Shown here one piece after another: positions 59,023 through 64,000 of a stretch of 64,000 nt of DNA. The notes under the pieces are model-generated. The model was given only the letters and a program-made list of their open reading frames with translations, was not told the DNA's origin and ran no database searches. Origin of the DNA: Candidatus Moraniibacteriota bacterium (GTDB lineage Bacteria; Patescibacteriota; Minisyncoccia; Moranbacterales; GWC2-37-73); assembly GCA_003507445.1 (NCBI GenBank), contig DNVR01000009.1, positions 2,485 through 66,484 on the forward strand. Direction: 5' to 3'. The translations under genes were made by a program, and so were the position numbers. Every line of letters starts with the position of its first letter. The stretch's first letter is position 1.

Positions 59023-60171
59023 CTAATTCTTTATCGGCATAATAATATAGGTGTAATTGAGCATTTCTTCTTTCTTTTCTCCTTGCACCATACGAAGAAC
59101 TGCTGGAGAGCCGCCACTATTCATCAACAAAACCAAATGTGGCGTAGAAATTGCTTGCAATCCATCTACCATATATCGAGGATTAAAAAGTGCTTCTTGA
59201 TCAGGACCCTCGATTTGAGCATTTAAAATGGTCTTGTTTTCACCAACCTCCTCTGCTTTTGATTGAACATACACTTCCTTAGCCTCAGAATTCACAGTAA
59301 ACTTAACCTCCCCAGCCTTACTGTGAGTAAAAATTCCTGCAATTTTCACAGCGCGCAAAACATCATCCTTAGGAAGAAAAACTTTGGTGGTAAATTCTTG
59401 CGGAATAATTTGCTGATAAGGTGGATATTTTCCATTAATCAAACGTGAAACAATGCGCACGTTGTCAATTTGAAAAAATATCTGACTTTCCTCAATACCA
59501 ATCTTAATGTCTTGTGTTTCAGGATTAATCACACGAAACAGCTCTGAAATTGTGTTTAGTGGCACAATAACAGAATTTGTTTTCTCAATAAACAAATCAT
59601 AAGCTTGAGAATTGTCTTTTATTAGCGTTACAACAGCCTCAGCCAAACGAAAACTGTCAGTAGCAGCCAAGCGCACTTCAAGCTTATCCAGCACGAAATT
59701 AAGACCCGTAAGTTCAGGACGAGTACTATCAAGCGAAACACAGACAGCTAAGCGTGGAATCACTTCTTTCATTTCTTGAGCTGGCAAGGAAAAAAGGAAT
59801 TCTCCTTCCATTTCCGGAATAATAGGAAAATCTTGTGCTTGCAATCCTTTTATTTGTGCTTTAGATGAGCCACTTTCAATGTGCAAGGTTTGATCAACAA
59901 CACTAAGTGAAACAGTTCCGACATTTGGAATATTGTTCACAAAATTACTAAGCAAACGAGCCGGAACAGTTATCTTCCCCTCTTCTTCTATTTTTGCTCC
60001 AATTTTCAGAAAAACCCCAATTTCAAGGTTTGTTGCTGAAATCTTAAGCATCCCGTTGTCAGTTTCAAGCAAAATATTTTCCAAAATTGGCAAAGTAATT
60101 TGCTTGCCTACAACTCTTTCTGTGCTATAAATAGCCTTTTTGAAATTTTCTTGAGTACAAGTTAGCTTCAT
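59023..60171 (-). CDS. dnaN: DNA polymerase III beta clamp
   Basis: LPILENILL, ATNLE, ATDSFRLAE, SRLI.G.YP.Y, IMPI. Confidence 0.96.
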   Translation of the reverse strand: MKLTCTQENFKKAIYSTERVVGKQITLPILENILLETDNGMLKISATNLEIGVFLKIGAKIEEEGKITVPARLLSNFVNNIPNVGTVSLSVVDQTLHIESGSSKAQIKGLQAQDFPIIPEMEGEFLFSLPAQEMKEVIPRLAVCVSLDSTRPELTGLNFVLDKLEVRLAATDSFRLAEAVVTLIKDNSQAYDLFIEKTNSVIVPLNTISELFRVINPETQDIKIGIEESQIFFQIDNVRIVSRLINGKYPPYQQIIPQEFTTKVFLPKDDVLRAVKIAGIFTHSKAGEVKFTVNSEAKEVYVQSKAEEVGENKTILNAQIEGPDQEALFNPRYMVDGLQAISTPHLVLLMNSGGSPAVLRMVQGEKKEEMLNYTYIIMPIKN

Positions 60172-60210
60172 ATATTTGAATATTCTTAAACTTTCTAAAT
60201 TATCTTACAC

Positions 60211-60230
60211 TTATCCACAATTTATCAACA
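60211..60230. promoter_or_regulatory. DnaA boxes between dnaA and dnaN
   Basis: TTATCCACA (60211-60219) and TTATCAACA (60222-60230). Confidence 0.8.
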
Positions 60231-60253
60231 ATCACTTTATGGCTTTACTGGGC

Positions 60254-61678
60254 CTATACTGCGTATATTCTCTCTCTAAGCACTGCGACATCTTCACGTA
60301 CTTTTTCATCTGTTTCTATTTCTCTGTTTATTTTTTCATAAGCATGCAATGCTGTTGTGTGGTCACGTCCCCCGAATTGAGTTCCTATGCTAGGATATGA
60401 AGCATTAAGCTCACTACGCATCAAATACATTGCAATATGACGAGCATAGGCAATTTCCTTTTTGCGCCCCTTTTCAATGAGTTCCTTGGTTGAAATATTG
60501 AAATATTGAGAAATAGCTTCAATAACGTGCTGCGCCTGAATTCCCTTCTTTTTTCCACTTGAAATGATTTCAGCCAAAGCTTGCTGAACAAATTTTAAGG
60601 TTGGCAATTTTTTGTTAAATTCGCAAGCAGCAATAATCCTATTAAGTGCGCCTTCCAATTCACGGATGTTATTCTTCACATTTTCAGCAATGAATCTGAT
60701 TGCTTCTTCATCCAAATAAAAATTATTTTCTGCAGATTTTGTTTTCAAAATTGCAATTCGAGTTTCAATATCAGGTTTTCCAATGTCAGCAATCATTCCG
60801 CCCTCAAAGCGCGATCTGAGTCTGTCCTCCAATGTTGCAATCGCTTTAGGAGGACGATCGGAGCTGATCACAATTTGTTTGTTTATCTGATAAAGAGCGT
60901 TGAATATATGAAAAAATTCATTTTGGGTTTTTTCCTTTCCTGCCAAAAATTGCACATCATCGATAATAAGCAGATCTATTGCTTGATATGTTGATTTGAA
61001 GTCATTTACTGTTTGATTGCGAATAGAATCGATCAATTCATTAGCAAAACGTTCTGAAGTTATGTATTTTATTCTTCTTGAGGGATCATTTGCCAAAACC
61101 TCATTTCCAATTGATTGCAAAAGATGTGTTTTACCAAGTCCAACTCCGCCATAAATGAAAAGTGGGTTATATATTTTTCCTAAGTTTTGAGAAACCGCGT
61201 AGCAAGCTGCGCGAGCAAGCTCATTATTTTCACCAATAATAAAGTTTTCAAAGGTGTAACGTGTGTTTATATTATTTTCAAAAGGAGCACTGTTTTGCAC
61301 CCCGGGATGTGCCACCGGCTGAATAGGACGCTGCGAGAAGCTATTTCCTTGTTGAATTTCCTGTGAAAGTTGTTGCACTGAAACTGGGGCTGCTGAATCA
61401 ACTTTTTTAATCTCATTAAGTGGCGCTTGTTCATTGCTATATATAATACAGCTAATTTCTTTAATATCATCTTGAAAATTTCGCAGCGCTCTAAAGATGT
61501 AGGTATTATATTTATTTTCCAACCACTCCTTTGCAAAACCATTTGGCACACCAATAACAACCTTGCCATTTTCATTGGAAAGAATCGTTGTGTTTTTAAA
61601 CCAAGTACTGAAGTTCGCTTTTGAAATAGAAAGCTCTATTTCCCCAAGCGCAGCCTGCCAAAGTTCTGCATTATTCAT
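60254..61678 (-). CDS. dnaA: Chromosomal replication initiator DnaA
   Basis: YNPLFIYGGVGLGKTHL, IDDVQF, RLRSRF, GGRDHTT. Confidence 0.98.
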   Translation of the reverse strand: MNNAELWQAALGEIELSISKANFSTWFKNTTILSNENGKVVIGVPNGFAKEWLENKYNTYIFRALRNFQDDIKEISCIIYSNEQAPLNEIKKVDSAAPVSVQQLSQEIQQGNSFSQRPIQPVAHPGVQNSAPFENNINTRYTFENFIIGENNELARAACYAVSQNLGKIYNPLFIYGGVGLGKTHLLQSIGNEVLANDPSRRIKYITSERFANELIDSIRNQTVNDFKSTYQAIDLLIIDDVQFLAGKEKTQNEFFHIFNALYQINKQIVISSDRPPKAIATLEDRLRSRFEGGMIADIGKPDIETRIAILKTKSAENNFYLDEEAIRFIAENVKNNIRELEGALNRIIAACEFNKKLPTLKFVQQALAEIISSGKKKGIQAQHVIEAISQYFNISTKELIEKGRKKEIAYARHIAMYLMRSELNASYPSIGTQFGGRDHTTALHAYEKINREIETDEKVREDVAVLRERIYAV

Positions 61679-61680
61679 TT

Positions 61681-61826
61681 ACCCTGTTAAATAAGATTTG
61701 AGTCTCTAAAAAAGAGAATCAGCTTATTTTTTGATAAATTTAATAAATTTAACTCCCCGTAATTTAAACACCGACTCAAATCTTAATTTTAAAAAATTAC
61801 TATTTTTTAAAATTATTTAACAGGGT
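61681..61826. mobile_element. MITE-like derivative of the GIY-YIG mini-element at the dnaA start
   Basis: Same 14-bp TIRs; first ~27 bp identical to the 3' end of the GIY-YIG gene; inner IR 61692-61704/61773-61785. Confidence 0.82.
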
Positions 61827-61829
61827 AAA

Positions 61830-62270
61830 GTTTATCCTTGTTAATGGTGCAAAAAAATTATATCACGCTAGACCTACTACTGCCAGCAATTCAAGCTGGC
61901 AACTGTTAATAATATGTGGATAAGTGGATAAGTCTCTTTTTTCCTTTTCTTCAGCTATATTTTTTCGTATTTGAGCAAAAAAGATGTTACGCTTAACCTT
62001 GTAAACTTAGAATATCCCCTCTTATCCACTCTTGTCAATCATTTTTGGTGTTTTTTAAAAGTAATGTCATCAATAAAAAATCAATTATTCAAAAATAAAC
62101 CTCTGTTGCGCCATTTTTTCTAAATGAATAGGTTGACTTTTTTCTTCAGACTGATACACTTGTTTATAGTATTCCTTGGAATCCTGTTAGTTAAGAATTG
62201 GTGTTATTTTCTTATTCAAACAGCTATTATTGGAAAACGAGTATTTCATATTAATAAATTAATCAAGCAA
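61830..62270. other. Probable oriC region (dnaA-rpmH intergenic)
   Basis: DnaA boxes TGTGGATAA 61915, AGTGGATAA 61923, TTATCCACT 62022; AT-rich; gene orientation switches here. Confidence 0.75.
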
Positions 62271-62275
62271 ATATT

Positions 62276-62410
62276 ATGAAACGCACATATCAGCCAAAAA
62301 AGGGTAAAAGAAAAAGCCGTCACGGATTTCTCGAGCGTATGAGCACTAAAAACGGAGCTCAAGTAATCAAAAGACGCAGACAAGCTGGTCGCAAAAAACT
62401 TTCAGTTTAA
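62276..62410 (+). CDS. rpmH: 50S ribosomal protein L34
   Basis: [22 protein letters not shown]...GRKKLSV, read manually. Confidence 0.96.
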   Translation: MKRTYQPKKGKRKSRHGFLERMSTKNGAQVIKRRRQAGRKKLSV

Positions 62411-62447
62411 AAAATATGCCACTACTGTGGCAGTTTGATAAATATAT

Positions 62448-62789
62448 ATGCTCCCAATCAAACATAGATTGAAAAAACGAGAAGATTTTGCCCAAGTATT
62501 TTCCAAGGGAGCATATGCTGGATATGATGGTCTTTCGATTAAGTTTACAAAAAATTCTCTGCCCGTGTCCCGAATTGGTTTTCCTGTCGGCAAAAACTAT
62601 TCAAAAAAAGCTGTCATTAGAAATCGTACCCGAAGAATTCTTCGAGAAGCTTGCGCAGAATATTTGGAAAAAATCAAACCCGGCTTTGACATCATCGTTC
62701 TTATTAAGCCAGAGTATCAGAACATCGAGCTTACCAAAATTGTTGACGAGTTTAAGAAAATTTTCTCTAAAGCTAATTTACTTATTTAA
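62448..62789 (+). CDS. rnpA: Ribonuclease P protein component
   Basis: RL....F, RIGF.V.K, KKAV.RNR.RR.LRE. Confidence 0.93.
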   Translation: MLPIKHRLKKREDFAQVFSKGAYAGYDGLSIKFTKNSLPVSRIGFPVGKNYSKKAVIRNRTRRILREACAEYLEKIKPGFDIIVLIKPEYQNIELTKIVDEFKKIFSKANLLI

Positions 62790-62823
62790 TATCCCGTTTT
62801 AAAAGCGAGATACAAAAAACAAA

Positions 62824-63567
62824 ATGCTAGCCCTCTTTCACACTGTTATCTATCAGCCGCTATATAACATTCTTATCTTGTTTTATAATATCGTTCCTGG
62901 TAAAGATTTTGGTATTTCTATCATCCTTATTACTATTCTGCTGAGAACGGTTTTGATACCGCTTTATAAAAAACAAATTGAATCACAAAAGAAACTCCAG
63001 GAATTACAACCAAAGATCAAAGAGCTTCAAGAGAGAACCAAGGGAAACAAGGAGCAACAGACCAAACAATTGATGGAACTTTACAAGGAAAATAAAACTA
63101 ATCCTTTTTCTGGTTGTATGCCGCTTGTTGTTCAGCTAATATTTTTAATTGCTATTTATCAAGTTTTAATAAAAATTTCTAGCAATGGTCTTGTGGTAGA
63201 TCCTACACAACTGTATTCTTTCGTGGCAGACCCTGGGAAAATAAATCAATTTTTTATCTCATTAATTGATTTAACCAAGCCAAGCATCATCATCGCTGCG
63301 GCCGCTGCAATTGCGCAATATTTCCAAACAAAGATGTTGATTCAAAATCAGTCTTCTACTCCAGTATTAAATCAAGCTCTCACCAAAACTTCCGATAAAC
63401 CAGATATGGCACAAATTATGAGCAAGCAGATGCTTTATCTCGGACCATTTTTGACATTATTTATTGGTATTAAGTTTCCTGCAGGATTATCCCTTTATTG
63501 GCTAGCTGGAACATTGTTTATGTTAATACAACAAATCGTTATTGAAAAAAAATCCAAACAAGATTAA
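62824..63567 (+). CDS. yidC: Membrane protein insertase YidC
   Basis: LQPKIKELQ, NPFSGCMP..VQ, PAGLSLYW. Confidence 0.93.
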   Translation: MLALFHTVIYQPLYNILILFYNIVPGKDFGISIILITILLRTVLIPLYKKQIESQKKLQELQPKIKELQERTKGNKEQQTKQLMELYKENKTNPFSGCMPLVVQLIFLIAIYQVLIKISSNGLVVDPTQLYSFVADPGKINQFFISLIDLTKPSIIIAAAAAIAQYFQTKMLIQNQSSTPVLNQALTKTSDKPDMAQIMSKQMLYLGPFLTLFIGIKFPAGLSLYWLAGTLFMLIQQIVIEKKSKQD

Positions 63568-63588
63568 TATTTCATTTTATATAATCAT

Positions 63589-64000
63589 ATGGACGAAAAA
63601 ACAACTGCTGTTATAAAGAAAACAATTGAAGAGTTGCTCACAAAAATGGGATTCTCCGGGAAAGTCACAATTATTGAATCGACAGACGATGACAGCATTA
63701 CCTGCGACATTGCAGCAGAAAGTGACTCAAACTTTCTTATTGGACAACACGGTATTAATTTGCAAGCATTGCAACACTTGGCAAGATTGATTGTTAGAAA
63801 ACATATCCCAGAAAAAATCAGATTCACATTAGACATAAACAATTACCGACAACAAAAAAATCAATCTATCGTTGAGCAAGCTAAGATTGCTGCCAATGAA
63901 GCAATTGCTCAGGGACGAAGCGTTTTTATGCCCCCTATGTCAACCTATGAACGCAGAATTGTTCATATGGAGCTTTCTCAAAACTCGCAAGTTTCCACTG
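63589..64000 (+). CDS. jag: Jag/EloR KH-R3H RNA-binding protein (truncated by window end)
   Basis: LIGQHG.NL.ALQ, LDINNYR, PM..YERRIVH. Confidence 0.9.
   Translation, partial: MDEKTTAVIKKTIEELLTKMGFSGKVTIIESTDDDSITCDIAAESDSNFLIGQHGINLQALQHLARLIVRKHIPEKIRFTLDINNYRQQKNQSIVEQAKIAANEAIAQGRSVFMPPMSTYERRIVHMELSQNSQVST

Noticed and set aside
918-63842. Numerous short antisense or overlapping ORFs in the track
   Set aside because: Shadow frames of well-supported genes with no motifs or initiation signals.

Overview
AT-rich bacterial chromosome segment that looks like Patescibacteria/CPR (Parcubacteria, Moranbacteria-like; inferred from gene content, protein style and repeat content). It ends at the replication origin (rpsT-DUF721-dnaN-dnaA-oriC-rpmH-rnpA-yidC-jag), and most genes left of oriC are on the minus strand. 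Housekeeping genes include rpoD, dnaG, pyk, htpX, lemA, murE, a FemABX transferase, ruvA/B/C, a class A PBP, yebC, tandem PilB, tsaE, polA, mutM, holA and two tRNAs (Asn, Ser). Five features stand out. (1) A mini-element carries a GIY-YIG nuclease between 14-bp terminal inverted repeats; two ~150-bp non-coding derivatives keep a co-varying inner stem, and all three abut start codons (one is dnaA). (2) A TrmB-divergent locus at 46.0-48.6 kb has a ~740-nt highly structured leader, rRNA-type boxA motifs and a repeated co-varying RNA motif in front of orphan ORFs. (3) A stand-alone ~200-nt structured RNA candidate lies at 37.8-38.0 kb. (4) An ATP-grasp/7TM/glycosyltransferase/GNAT/DUF1704-peptidase cluster may be a peptide-tagging system. 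(5) Palindromic and heptamer repeats are pervasive, often inserted in-frame in core genes and sometimes nested. All calls come from reading the sequence; no searches or folding programs were run.
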